A stretch of DNA of 63,168 nucleotides, filler included, from Choristocarpus tenellus KU-1152 (GCA_964200185.2; 13 parts of 13 records of this genome joined end to end with filler, not necessarily neighbours in it), one strand, 5' to 3'. Counted from the first letter of the whole stretch, positions 1-13,479 are shown. The notes: generated from the sequence alone by a model not told the origin. Numbers and translations: made by a program.

Positions 1-381
1 AGGTGAAGGCCCTGTATTCGCACTACTGCCCTTTGATGTTGGCGGAGCGATGCTACCCAGCAGCTCATCAAGACCGATGTCTAGACCACCAGCCGTGTCT
101 TCTAGGATAGCATCGATATCATCCATAACACTGGTTGATTTCATCGCTTGTCCATTGACATCCTCGCTACCATCGTCCTCTTCGAGAACTGAAAAGTCGT
201 CGGTGGTGGCGCGGGTGGCCATGCATGGACCTGTGAACCACGCACCTCCTTGTTGCCTTCCAACAGACGTTTCATAGGGGCGCACCACGCTCAGACGCGT
301 AGCGCTCGGCATACGAAAGGCATTGATGTCGACGAAGCCAGCAAGCAGACCGAGTAAGGCAAACGCTCTCGAAGGTGCCAT
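1..381 (-). CDS. 5' part of an unknown, probably plastid-targeted protein (runs off the window start)
   Basis: Open frame from ATG at 381 to base 1: MAPSRAFALLGLLAGFVDINAFRMPSATRLSVVRP...DDFSVLEEDDGSEDV...DDIDAILED. A hydrophobic signal peptide is followed by NA|F (ASAFAP-like) and an R/S-rich transit-like stretch. Absent from the ORF track because it has no stop codon in the window. Confidence 0.7.
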   Translation of the reverse strand, partial: MAPSRAFALLGLLAGFVDINAFRMPSATRLSVVRPYETSVGRQQGGAWFTGPCMATRATTDDFSVLEEDDGSEDVNGQAMKSTSVMDDIDAILEDTAGGLDIGLDELLGSIAPPTSKGSSANTGPSP

Positions 382-885
382 TATGTGAGGCTATCGTAAG
401 TTGAAGGTCGGTGGTGTCTCTTCTCTTCGGTCTCGTCAAAGGAGACCTAGTCGCTGCAGGACTAGGAAAGGACACACACAAAGCGATGGTGGTAGAGTAG
501 CACCGATTAGGTGACTCCTCGGACCCTTTACCCTCACCAACAACACAGTGGCACACAAGTAGGTGCTCACTTCGTCAATTATGACATAGGTTGAGAAGGG
601 GAGAACTAGTTGACGAACAAATAAAAAAAATCAACACATCATGACAACAACCTCGTCATTCACAACAGGAAGGTGGCGTGTTTGGATCAGGTGGAAGGTC
701 GAAGGGAGGTAGACTTTGAGGTGTGTCTCAGTGTTTCTGTCGGAAGGATGAAATTGAGCGTAATATCATGTGTATCCACTCCATCCTTCCTTGGACTCAC
801 TGAAATACAAGAGATACAATATTTTCCCTTTCCTCCGTTCCATGATTACGAAAACAGGGAACTACAACATTCAAAGTGACAGATC

Positions 886-2261
886 ATGTCGGCTACATTC
901 CGATTGGTTGCTTTGCTCCTCGTGACTATTTCATCCTCGCGAGCCTTCAGTCCATCCATGCTTAGAGTATCAGGGGTAGCACGACACCATGCACCTGGGA
1001 CCAGGATTTTCTCGTCTGTGACCAAATCGGTAAGTCTTGAGTTTTCGGTTGGTCTGCGTCCCTTGTGGCCTTGGCCTTCCGTTCCATCTACCATGGTGCA
1101 GTGTTCAATATATGCAACAGCGTTTGACTTCAGTTAATGCTAGTAGGAGGTACTGAAAAGGTGAAAGAGAGGGTTGGGATTTGGGGGGTCAAACACACCT
1201 CCCACCTCGTCGCCTCTGTATCGGTTTTGATCGGCAATTGCATGGTCCACAACATAAACTTTGTACCCCCCAAAAAATCTGCGGGTGCGCTTTGTTCTTC
1301 TTCCTACGTATTTTCTCCATTAGGACGCTGATTTCTCGTGCCCTGGGTCCCTTATCGATAGGATTGCCCTGTTCGCGACTCTGTAACTTGGATTGCCCCT
1401 CTCATGGGACTTGACATCGCTATTCCGAGGGAGAGGTTGCCACCAACAGGGTCATCGGTTCTCCCACGTGAAAAGAAGTTGATCAAAAACAGGCAGGAAA
1501 GCTCATCAAGGCCCGAGGACAAGGTGGGTACTAATGGAGACCGTTATTAAGAACATGGCTCGCATTTCATGTACGTGTGTCAAATGATCCTCCTATCTAG
1601 CTAACCCTTTCAACAGGGTGTGGTAGTACCTTTTTCAGGCACTCAAAATGTGTGTATTTCCTCGGCGTTCATGTGTTCAAGGTCGATAACATGATTGCGA
1701 ACTCTTCGTTGCTGTGGTCCAACGCCCGCTTTGTAATTTTCATCCGCAGCCCTCTTTCTGTCCTTCTCTCTTCATATGCGTGTGTTTGTGTACCATTCAG
1801 TACAAGGTGGTGCTGTTTAATGACAATGGCAACACACGTGAGTACGTTTCTAGGAGCCTTGTACAAGTGGTGGGCATGCCAGAGGAGCAAGCTTTTGCAA
1901 TCATGCAGCAGGTCAACACCTACCCATACAAGAAGATAATGCAGCGCACTTCAACGTTGTTCTTTCTACACATCAAATGCTCATGTGCACAACACCACTC
2001 ACTCTCCAGACATGAGTGAACCCGTGAAGAACCCCCAAAATTGTCTTTTCCTGCTACCAATATTTTCGTCATTGTTTGCACAACAGTCTGTGCAAAAGTC
2101 AACCCTAACACATTTTGTCCATGAAACTCTTCGGACCGTTGAACCAGGCCCACAAGAATGGAATGGCGACTGTGGGTATCTGGCACCAAGAGATGGCCGA
2201 TGCATACAGTTCTTCTCTGAAGCAACGGGGTCTTGTTTCCGACATCACCCCAGTGGATTGA
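886..2261 (+). CDS. clpS: Plastid-targeted Clp protease adaptor ClpS; exons 886-1029, 1362-1523, 1801-1911, 2148-2261
   Basis: All three introns are GT-AG and phase 0. The spliced product has a signal peptide plus RA|FSP motif and the ClpS core YKVVLFNDNGNTREYVSRSLVQVVGMPEEQAFAIMQQ-AHKNGMATVGIWHQEMADAYSSSLKQRGLVSDITPVD*. Confidence 0.92.
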
Positions 2262-3684
2262 TGGCAAGAAGTCAAGCACAGGCGAAGTCGATGAACCTGA
2301 GCAGTTTTAGAGTTCCTTCACATTGTGATTGTAACAGAGGTAACCTTCCTGAAAAACAGATTTTGGGGTGGGGGTGAGGGGACGAGGGTGAGACAAATGC
2401 ATTGAGCAGAAATATCACCAATATCCCCACCCTCTCCTTCTTTTCATCCTTCTGAAGTGTTGCACCCACCTACACTACTTCAACCCTGCGTTCTCCGACA
2501 TCCTACTCCGGAGTATGTTGACCTTTGTGCTGTTCACTTATACATACCTCTTTCTTTTGGAGAAAGAGAGCCCACATTAATCCCCTAATGTGTATCATCG
2601 ATTTTTCATGACAGGCACGAAGAAGCACATTTGAAACAGGGACATACATAAATGTTTATGTTTTATATGTTGTCAGAGTTCGTTGGAGTCTTCCACCATC
2701 ATGAGGGTCAATTCTCTACACCCTAATCTCAGTCACAATGGTCTATTTCCAAGAATTGGAATCTGCTTGCCTGCATGCCGCCTGTCTGGGTCATAGATGT
2801 TTGGGGCACTGCCCGACCCATCCTATCTACAAAAGGGATGCCATACAGGTGGAGACCAGTTTCAGAAAGGGCAACAGTGCCCGCAGAACATATGGTAATT
2901 GCTGAAGAGACAAATAAACGTCTTTCAGGGCCTTGCAGCATGTCCACAAGGAATGTGGCATGGGAATAGACAAACGATCACAAGAGAGACAATGTGCTTT
3001 GTGAGTATACCCATGTTGCAAGATGTATGACAAATTGTTCAGACACCCGAGGTAATGTTGTACCGTGTATTAATACAGTACATATTTGGGACAGGGTTGC
3101 CACAGTATTTGATGGTCTCAAGGATTGTGAAAAGTGAATCCTATACTTGTGTGTGTGGGTGATTGGGTGATTGAGGGTACATGGATATCTGTTGTTCCTC
3201 GTGCAACAAAATGTATGCATCCATTGGAGTGGTTGCCACAGAACACTCAAGACTAGGTTGATGCAAGGTAAGAGAAAGAGTGCATGCACATCCATAGTAG
3301 TGTATGTATTGTATTGATCTTTGGATGCATCTACGGAATCAATAAGAAGTGTTCGGTGACTTTTTTCCACAATCCCAATTTCCTTCCATTGTTCTTAGGC
3401 GACAGTCTTGAAATGAGATGAAAGTTGTTCTGGATGGCAACAACAGCAGACTCCCAACTCTCTTGCTACTAATTACTTAGTAGAATCTCTGATCATCAAA
3501 ACTTGATAAGACTTGAATTCTTTCCAACATAACCAATTCCCTTCATCACGTTTGATCAAATCGATCTGACCATTCACGCTCGTAATATTACACAACTGAC
3601 CAGTTCAAATATCACGTGTAGGTTAGTTGGAGCAGAGAGATGCAAAGAAGGAGAGTCAAAACAAGACCTACATTTGAAAATTTC

Positions 3685-5318
3685 CTATTGACCAGAAGAT
3701 GCATGACACTCCCGAGACAAAGGTTTAGACAATTTTTGAAAGGAATTCAAGGTAGCAAAGACGGGCCCATGATTCACACCAATTAAGCCGCAGAGAAGTT
3801 TGACATCAATGGTAAAAAATTGGTGAGAGTATATGGTGGTACCAGTAGCTTCGCCCTCTGGTGTTGTCCCGTAATAGCTTTTGATGTAGAGATCGGATTT
3901 AAAAAACAAAAGCATAGTCGTGATGCCCTTAGAAAGACCCTCCAGAGTACGGATTTCGTGTTTTTTTTCGCCCTTAGGAAATTTTATTGAAGAGCGCTCA
4001 TGTTGGGGTTCGAACCCGGGATTGTAGGTCGCCAAGAGTGGCAACAGATACACTTTTCCTTGATTAAATTGAAGCTTTAGCCATGGAAGAAGGCTCCCTG
4101 CCCTTTCTCAATGTGTGTTCGCCCACCCACTCTTTGACCTCGGCAAGGATGTCCTCGTCGACGCCCAAAACGAAATGCCTCTCGTAGCGCCCTTCCTCCA
4201 ACACCTCCATGTGGCCCTTAGTTGAAAGTCTCTCTCCCATTTACGCACAATTTTCGACCTGACCATCGCATATCCTGCTGCCACCTAGAGCGCCGTGATA
4301 TTTTCTCATCAAGGCACACGGGCGAGGGAGGACAGGCTTGAGCTGATCAAAAATTATGTGGATTTCTCGAATGCATACAGGCTGGGAGAAAGCCTTAATC
4401 AACTTTATACGTTCAGCCCCTAAGTCCAGGAATAAAAGAAAATGTACGGCACCTTGCAAGAAGTGGGAGACACCAAACAGTCGATGTGTAAATAGTCTCA
4501 ATCTCACCTCCTCTTCTTCCCTGGCGTCCACATCGATGGCTACCTCCACCTGCTTCGCGACCTTTTCCAAGTAAAGGATTTGATGGTATCGAAAAGTCTC
4601 CACAATAGCCTTTGTTACAACCGATTTCCCCTCCACCGTGCGAGCCCTTTCGACATTCTTTCGGGCTTCAGAGCCCTTGTAGCCCAACCCTAACACCTTT
4701 CTCGTTTCCTTAAAGCCCCTCCGGCTCGCACAGCTTCCAAACAGCCAGAGTCTACTGAACCTGTCGACTACTAAGACATTCTACACCCGAAATTTCACTT
4801 TTAGGCGTTTCCAGAGCGCAATAATACACAGTTGCACTTCTCTCTTCCCCAACCTTCCCTTCGGGCGACCACCCTGGTTGTCCCTTCGCCTGCCGTGACC
4901 AGGCTTCCTCACAGACTTGGTCACTGTACCACCCGGTGATAGACTCGCCCCTCTCTTCCAGATTTCCCGAGGGTCTCTTCCTGCTTTCCCGAGGTGGCAG
5001 AGTCTGCAAAGCAGTGCTCCGACGTAGTTGAAGATCCAACCGCGTTTGTGTGGTAATGCTTTCAATGCATCTTCTATCAGCGTAAGTTTCGCGGCCCCGT
5101 GATCCATTTAGCGATTTGATCAGGCTGCTGCGCCGCACTACTCGCACTTTCTCATCACCTAACATCCCACTGAGAGTCACACAGTACTTGCTTTTCCGTC
5201 GCCTCTCGACAGAGAAGGTGCGGAGGGTAGATCCAGGGGGCAGAGTGGCCTCAGCAGCTCTCCTTGTCTCACCGTCGTGGTTCATGTTGCCGTTTGAGTC
5301 ATACATGTGTGTGCTCAC
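3685..5318 (-). pseudogene. Disrupted coding-like tract, possibly a relic DNA transposase (hAT-like, tentative)
   Basis: A chain of same-strand ORFs (4752-5318, 4781-5107, 4241-4696, 3685-4053) linked by frameshifts and stops, with no clear splice pattern. Only weak motif echoes (MDHGAA resembling TDNAA; 'FKETRKVLGL'). Confidence 0.25.
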
Positions 5319-5539
5319 ACAAAGTCCACAAAAGGCCTAAAAAGATGTCCCGAAAACTTGGGGGGCTTTCTGTATCGCCAAACCGCCAAACTTGGGCAGC
5401 GGACTACGCCGGACCAGGTTTTTGAAAGGAATTCAGTCAACACCTTCATTTTTGTCGGTTTTGAAGTCGTGATCTTCAAAATTGCCCCGGAGATGTTCCC
5501 CCGCCTTTTTGCCATTATTTGATTTGGAAATAGCTCCCG

Positions 5540-5802
5540 TTGCCCGAAGTCTGGTCTTATATTTAACTAGGTCAATAGCAAGTCGTTGAAATGGACGTGC
5601 GACAGGCATATGTCCTGTCGGTAATGGGGTTAGAGTGTGTGAGGTTTTACGCCTTTGACAGGACTGGCAAGATTCACACCACTCCCTCACGTCTTTATGT
5701 AAGGTTGGCCACCAAAATCTATCACGAACTCGGTCAAAGGTGTGCTTGAAAGCAAGATGGCCGGCAACTTTATGATCATGTAGGGCATGTAAAATTAAAC
5801 CC
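5540..5802 (-). mobile_element. Ty3/Gypsy integrase fragment (HHCC zinc-binding domain and start of the core), cut by the contig end
   Basis: LHALHDHKVAGHLAFKHTFDRVRDRFWWPTLHKDVREWCESCQSCQRRK...RPFQRLAIDLV. Confidence 0.9.
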
Positions 5803-5902
5803 NNNNNNNNNNNNNNNNNNNNNNNNNNNNNNNNNNNNNNNNNNNNTTAATTAATTAANNNNNNNNNNNNNNNNNNNNNNNNNNNNNNNNNNNNNNNNNN
5901 NN
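5803..5902. other. Artificial contig spacer; identical copies start at 11172, 19430, 22573, 27132, 33340, 38216, 41263, 44038, 48348, 53991 and 57450
   Basis: 44 N + TTAATTAATTAA (stops in all six frames) + 44 N, always exactly 100 nt. Confidence 0.99.
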
Positions 5903-7413
5903 TTTGCAATTTAAGAGCCACCCCAAAAAAAAAATTGGACATTCGGGTTTTTTTGCAGTCGTTTTTTTTTTTTCGGATATGTTGTTTTACTCAGTGCGTG
6001 TGAAGGGGGGTGCTTTTCAATGCAGTTTTATTTGATCCTTGGTGCTGTTTTTGATACTTTACTATATAATATCCTTGTAGAGTGCAATTTAATTAGTTTG
6101 TCAAGGCATTGTAGGGAGATTGACTTTGAACGTTGATTTGATTTGAACTGCGAGCTTCTGTCCAGCCATCAATGGCTTTGGATGCTTTTCTTGGGAAGGT
6201 GTACTGTACATATGAGTGAATACGTCGTAAGGAATGTAATTTACCAAAGTTACAGTATTGTATACATAAGACACTGGTATACTGTGCAGGGGTGGTGTAG
6301 ATGTGGTGCTTGCTGCACCACCACAATTTCATTGAAATGAGCTCACTGAGGGCAATGTTCAATACATATTTAAATGGAACTACTCTTGAAGGCACATGGG
6401 AAGCATGAACAGCAAGGCGTCGCTGTGTTGTCGTTCGGGACAAGTATGAAGTGTCTAATAGGACTGTTGCTCGATATAAGATCATTCGGTTTAAGAGAAA
6501 AGCGCTCTTATATCTGATTTGGGAGGATCAGAATATAAGAGAGGTTTTTTCCACTTACCCTTACCCTCTCTTATATCCCTACCCTCACTGTATATATTTT
6601 TGATGGAGTCATTTTTTCTGTGTTAGTGAACCGTCTATTGCATTACAGAAGAGAAACGTTAGTATACTGTTCCTACTACCACTACTCTACAATCCAATAT
6701 ACTATGAAGTATATGATAGTATATATTTATATCCAAACCTCAACATGGAGTCAACTCATCTTCTTCAAACTTCACTGTATCCAATTCCATCCTGAAATCC
6801 GATATATTTATCGAAGTGAGGTATACGTAAACAACCGATTCTATTATTTTATTACCGATTCTATCAATCACTTGACTCACGTCGATTCAAAAATTGTCTT
6901 TGTGCTTACGTGGTTCTGAAAAGAACTGCTGTGTCAGTCTTGACTTTGAAGTTCAATAATTAATATACCGTCATTACTGACTATGGATCTCTGAGTAAGA
7001 TGTGTCGACCATGTATTTGCCAATTAGTTGGATATTTCACACCATAGATCTACGTACTTAGGATTATATGTCTAATAAAAGAGAATTGTTACACAACTAA
7101 TTCCCCACGAAAAAGGATGCAATATTTTGCAGCTGGAAAGAAGAAATGATGAGGTGGTGGGCTGTTCGATGATTCAGGCTACACTGGCAATTGCCACTCA
7201 ACCCATGCTATCTCCTCCACCATCCTCATCAACCCTATCTCAAGAAGACTTCCTTATCGTGAATGTGTCTAGCGTGCCAAGGAGATCAGTGACCACATTG
7301 AAGGCCCTGGGGACTAGCTTAGCCCTATATTGCTGGCTTGGAAATTGTCGAGATAGAGCACAACACAACTGGAAGAGAAGATTGTTTTCTCTTCACACAG
7401 AGGTGTAAGAACC

Positions 7414-10064
7414 ATGGAAACACCGAACAAGCAGAGCTTTGTTCCGCCATGGACAGGGCAGCCTCATGTACCGCAGGTTAGGAATTGACTTTCATTTAAC
7501 GTAACCCCACTTTAGATTCTTATTACTTAAAATAATCTGTCTTGACAAGGACAGTTGTGTTTCAATCGTGGTCGACAAACAACCTCTTTCCTCAATCCCA
7601 GAGGAGTGGTGTTATCCAGTTAAGAGGTCCATGGAGATATTTATTCATACGTGTGGGTGCCCTACTATCATTGCTTGCAGACCAATGCACCCGGGCAATA
7701 TTCGACGTACCCGTCGAGAGCAGCAGGATGTAGTGCACCCCCGAAGCCAAACCCATCTTACGGAACAAACGGGTATGCTGGCATATCTCCGCGGATGGTA
7801 GGAGGAGGGTACCAGCTCCGAGGACCCTCGGCAGGTGCGAAGTTTATGTTTTCTACAGTTCCCCGAGGTGTTGAAATTTGATCTCGACTGCTGCCTACAA
7901 ATTGCGGTGACATGGTTGGAGGTTCTTAGTTTGGTGACAAACTCCTAACCACGTCGTTGATGACTGGAAAGTTACCTCGTCTACTTTCAAATAGAAATTC
8001 TCAGTCTCCCGGAATTTTTTTCTTGTAAAGGTTGGAACAGCAACGATGTCGAACTAACACAAACATTCAACCTCTCGCACAGCAGATATACCCATTCCAG
8101 CTCCAGGGGGCTCCTTACCTGGTCAACCGATGAACATCAATGTAAGGGAGCTTTCTATCCTCGCAGTATGTTTTTGTTTACACTAAAGCTTCCCAGTACT
8201 GATATCATGTATGTCTTCAGTCGTTCAATCGGTACATCCTTGCTACCTTCCCCACGTCCGTGTGACTACAAACCAAGAGTCTGGAGGAGGTTTCGTGCCC
8301 ACGCGCCTGCTTTCCCAGCCTTAGACGTTTATTGCACCAGTAGCCCCCTCCTTCTGTCTCTCGTAATTATCTCACTATCCGTGCTGTCTTTCCCTGACCT
8401 TGCGACAATCCCACAACACGCACGCGCACGCACGCACGTCCCTAAATCCATCCTCTCAGCAAATCCTGGAAGATCGTCAACGCCAAGATGAAAAAAGACG
8501 TGTTAAGCGTGCTGCAAACCGCAAATCTGCAAGCATGAGCCGTTCTCGCAAGAAGGCGCTGGTTGACGACATGATGGCTAGGAACGAGAGGATGAAGCAG
8601 CGCGCTCTCATATTAACAGCATTGCCAGACCTTATTATGGCTATCTACCGTAGTGGTGAGATATCCTATGTATCCCCAGCCTGCAACTGGCTGCTTCTCC
8701 ACACTGTCAATGAGGTGAAGGGGGCCAACTTGTTTGACCTTGTTACAGCTGACAGCCACCCCACCCTGCGCAAGATAATTGCGGATAATCTCTCCCGTCC
8801 GCTGGCATCCAAGATAGAAGAGGGAGTTGGTACAGATCTGACAAACAAGTCTCTTCCAGACTCGAAAGCTAAGTCATCCATCCCAGCTGAGCAGGGAAGT
8901 TGTGACATGGAACAAAGTGGCAGTAGGGATGCCAAGCTCCTACCCCCACCCCCCCCACAGGTGGCAACATCTTTAACATTACGGAAAAACACGGATAGTG
9001 GTTGTAATAGTCAACCAGCAGTGTCTGTGTCGCAAAAGATAGGAAAAGGGGAGCTCAAGCTCAAACCACCCGAGGAATGTCGAACAGCATCACTGCTAGA
9101 GTGTACCGCACCAAATTTGTTGTTACCTAGCAATCGAGAACAGGAACAGGGGCATGAGGGGCAGCATCATAACAGGAAGGGAAGCATACACTTACGCAGA
9201 TCAGAATGCAGCAACAGCCTATGCCTTATTCGGTGTGACAAAACCACAGTGTGGTGTGAGAGTCGCATTAGTGTGCGCAAGGCCAAAGGGGAGGGAATAA
9301 ACGCCAGCCTGGCAGAGATTATTTTCGCCCTACGTCCCATGTCTGAAGGTGATAAAGTGGGGCAGGAAAACGGTCTTGCTGGGGCCCTCTTAGTGTCACA
9401 AGGAAGTGCTCCTATACCAACAAATAACCCAACCCTAGCTGGATTGGGTAAAGAGCCTGAGCAGGGTGGGTGGAATGATGAGGATGAAGAGGACGGCTAT
9501 TGTGAGGAGGATTGCAGCAACCACAGCGAGAATGACTCCAGCAGCAATGGCGGCAGTAGCAACGGGAGCTCTAATGATGAGAAGGGTGAGGCCCAGAAGA
9601 CCCAGAGTGGTACAGATGCTGCAGAGGGAGGGATGCCTTCCTCTGACACGGTTTCCACTGTCCCCTCATCTTCTGATGGGGAGCACCAGTGCAAGAAGTC
9701 ATCTGTGAATTGCCCATCCACCCTGCAGCAGCGGAAGCATCTTAAGCGAAAGCATGTCTACATGTCTCAAGCTGCTGAGGACAAATCACCCTCGCCTGAT
9801 GGTAGAAGCAATGGTGGAGATATGGAGTGTGAGGTCAGCGGATCTACATCACACGAAGAGAACAGTGGCAGCGGGACTGGAGGGGATTCTTATGGAGATT
9901 CCTCTATCAACGGTGGCAATCGCTCTGGGGATGAGGGTGGCAGCGAGGATGGATCAACTGATGGTAGCTCCAATGGGAGCAGGGGTCGGCGTGAGGATGA
10001 TGTTCAAAACGCAGTGGAGAGTCTTATTCTGATGGGCAATGTCTACAGCAATGAAAAGCAATGA
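7414..10064 (+). CDS. bZIP-PAS transcription factor (~626 aa); exons 7414-7476, 7681-7834, 8083-8141, 8460-10064
   Basis: Phase-consistent GT-AG introns (0, 1, 0). Basic region KRRVKRAANRKSASMSRSRKK with a short zipper, directly followed by the PAS N-terminal half ALPDLIMAIYRSGEISYVSPACNWLL...GANLFDLV. No LOV GRNCRFLQ motif. Confidence 0.88.
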
Positions 10065-13037
10065 CAACTGCTTTATTGTGTTTTTTTCTTGAACACTGTC
10101 TGTACTGTGTTGTGAGCTTTTGCTGGACGTGTACGTTCTATGTATGAATGTCAGTGTAGGTGTTTTTGTGGCGTATTCGATATGTTGTTTTACTCCCCAG
10201 CTGTGTTTTGGTAGTAGATAAGCTTTTTCTTCTGTGCAGCCACAGCTGGCTGGTGAAAGCATCCCCACGGATGGGCACAGCACCTAATGTATAGGGTATG
10301 TAGTTGGTGACTGTGATCGTTTGATTAAAGGGAGTGCGAGAGGTTACTCTGAGGGTCTTCCTTGGTAAGTGTAGTACTTCGTGTGTGTGTGTGTTGTGTT
10401 GTGTTGTGTTGTGAGAGTAGCGTTTTCTATACTTTCATTCCTGAGGATGATGTTAAGTGCCTGAGCATAGGTTTATTGGTATATTATATGTGTTTAGTGT
10501 GATAGGTCGAAACTTGAGTTGGTATACTTCCCTTTTGTCTTTGTGAGACGCTTCTCGTCCTATCATGATATGGATAGGGTCAGTTATTGCCCAGGTGGCT
10601 CTTGTATGGGCATATTTCGAATTTTCACATATTGGTACCGTAACTCTTTAGTATATGGGTCGGGTACACATAGGCATACAGAAAGATAGAGATGTCCGTA
10701 AGTGGCGCGACTCGATGATGATCGATGTCCCCTTTAGTACATGGGAGGTGCCGTCAGCCTAGGAGCCGCTTTTCCAAGTTTGATATGTCTTCAGTGGGGC
10801 TGTCATTGTGAACCAGTTGGGTGCCTGTTATGGGCAAAGACCCTCCCAGTGAAGTGTGTGTGACTTTTTGTATGGTGTGCAAGTTGTTTGAGGCATGAGT
10901 TGTGTGTAATTTTAACTGTATGTGGCGTGTTGAGCCTAGCCCACCTGGTCCCTTTTTTGCTATACATAGCTTCACATTGTCAATCCAGGTGCAATTCTTG
11001 AGACAGAAATCAAAATCGCCACAGCGGTCCTCAAGATGATGTAACACACTGATCTAGAACTGAGATATGCATCTGTGGTTTGCCAGCCCACCACTGAAGA
11101 TTTTGTTAAAGTATCCCCAAAATCATCAAAGAGGATAAAGGTGATAAACCCGGCGAGATTGCTTGGTGTCTNNNNNNNNNNNNNNNNNNNNNNNNNNNNN
11201 NNNNNNNNNNNNNNNTTAATTAATTAANNNNNNNNNNNNNNNNNNNNNNNNNNNNNNNNNNNNNNNNNNNNGGTACGAGGTTAAGGTTGGTCAAGTGCAA
11301 ACTTAGGAGTGATGAGCAACATCAAAGATGAGGCTTCATCATCAGTCAAGATGTGAGAACAAAGTGCATCTTCCATGTGTGACAATTTGAATGACAAGTT
11401 GTCCCAACTATCTGAGATTGGTCACATGAAGAACTTCCATGGTTTCATTCTAACGGAAAAGTCCGTCAGTGAAATCATGGACTCTTGACTGGGAACCTCA
11501 CTCGGTACCACGGTATATGGCATACGGCAATAACGGTATAATAACAGACAAACATGCTTTCCACGCATCCTTAAAATGCAACTCTCAGTACCTCTCGTTT
11601 ACAATGACCTGCTGTTGCTGGAGCTGTGACACAATAGCACTGTTCCTGTGGAACCATAAACAACACTGTTCTTCACTTTCCATCTGTCCTCGAACAGTTT
11701 GCACTAGTTCCCCTGGGCATCGTCAATACTGTACGAAGATCCATAAACCATTAAATATCCCCTACAATTTCCTCTGGATTCCTGCAAAGCACACCCCACT
11801 ATCTACAAGTTCATATAAATGACATTTTGATGACGTCAAAATTTCAACCCACATCCAGTGTTGCCTGCGGTGACAAATCAAGAACCTTGAACCCCCTACT
11901 TTGTCATGGGGATGCCCAAAGGCTCTCTGTAGTTTGTCACTTCATTGCTGTATCTCAAACCTAGTAATTGCAACGTTTTTGCTCAATCCCGGGACTTCAC
12001 AATACACCCGCATTGGTGGCATGTAGGTCCTGTGTACGGAATGCAACCTGCCAAGTAAGGATCTTGAACAGTTCTTGGCATGAGTTTACTACATGCAACT
12101 TCGAACTTTGCAAACTTCCGAATTTGGAATTGTGTAGTCCTTGTTTCCCTCACCAGAGCACATCCGATGAATCGGATGGACTAGAGAGGTGGCTCAACCT
12201 AACCCTAGCCTTAACCCCCACCCTGAGAAGCTCAAATGCACCTCCCCAATTCCGTCAGATTCATCAAGAAAGCTCCACTAAGGGTGATGGGTAATACTAG
12301 ATATGATGTATTATTACCCAATCGATCACATTAGTTTGACAGGTCCCACACTGGTGGTCATAAAGGTAGTCGAAAGGAGATAATAGACATTATTTCTTGA
12401 AAAATAATAGAACCACCAATAAGGAAATACAACGTATTGAAAGAGAAAGCACCAAATGGTAAAAGAAGAAGGACGAAAAGAAAAGAACCGAATCGAAAAG
12501 AACAGAAACTACAAGAAGAATAGAACTGGCATAAGGAAGACCCCCCAAAAGGATGCAAGGGGAAAGGAAGGGAGAAATTCGGCAAATAATAACGCACAAA
12601 ATAAAAATTATTCAACAGATAGTGGTGGTGTTGGTATTGGTTGCTTTACCGTTTATACGTACTGCTTTGGTGTAAAGAACATTACCTATCACACCTCCCT
12701 CGAAATGACATTCGGCCATGAACACTCGTCGTACCGTCGGTCGCACACTCATTCCACACCTGTTGGTGAGGGACTCTCATCCCCCAACCCTCAAATACAA
12801 GCCCAAACTCTTCAAGGTCATCTTGGAGGCATGACCATCAGATCTTCTCTTGTACACCTTGCTTCTGTTTTCCAATACCAAGCTCCCCAAGCATCCATAT
12901 CTTGGGAAGTCGCTCATCCATCATGCGAAAAACTTATCAAGCATGTGTTATAGGCGATATGTCTTCATGGCGGTTTCATAAACACTACTAAGTCCTATAT
13001 ATGTGCTTCCTGACTATTTATTTGTTATTTCGTCATT

Positions 13038-13293
13038 GAGCCAAAGTATCTTAGAGGGTAGGATCACATCCATCTGGAGGCCAAAATCCATTCTTGCGAT
13101 TTTGATGAAATATTGGCTATCGTGATGTTAGGAAGTGTCAACATCCTTGTTTCGGACACACCTTTACATAAGATACACATTTTACCTACTCCAAAACACA
13201 TTGGAGAAGGAAAACTTCATTAACCTCCATGGGGAGACAAGCCCCAAATGGACAAACAGGGCAAAACTCGTACCCACTAAAATGCTTTCACTC
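13038..13293 (+). mobile_element. MITE family A (~260 bp), full copy with 3-bp TSD ATT
   Basis: TIR GAGCCAAAGTATCTTAGAGGGTA ... TACCCACTAAAATGCTTTCACTC; ATT on both flanks; non-coding. Confidence 0.85.
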
Positions 13294-13479
13294 ATTATGA
13301 GAACCATTGAGACTATACGTTGTTGCCAGTTCCTTTTATGCCCTAATGATACTTACGAAGTGAAGGATCGAGGTGAGAGATCCGAAATACTTTACGACTT
13401 GTGCATCATAGAGCCTTGTACGAGCTTCATATGGTCCACATACATTCTTATGAATTGGGGCTGCGTGTCCCATCATGTT

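Noticed and set aside
8400-10064. Aureochrome, and the ORF-track start at 8400
   Set aside because: No LOV GRNCRFLQ flavin motif; 8400-8459 is intron sequence before the acceptor at 8459.
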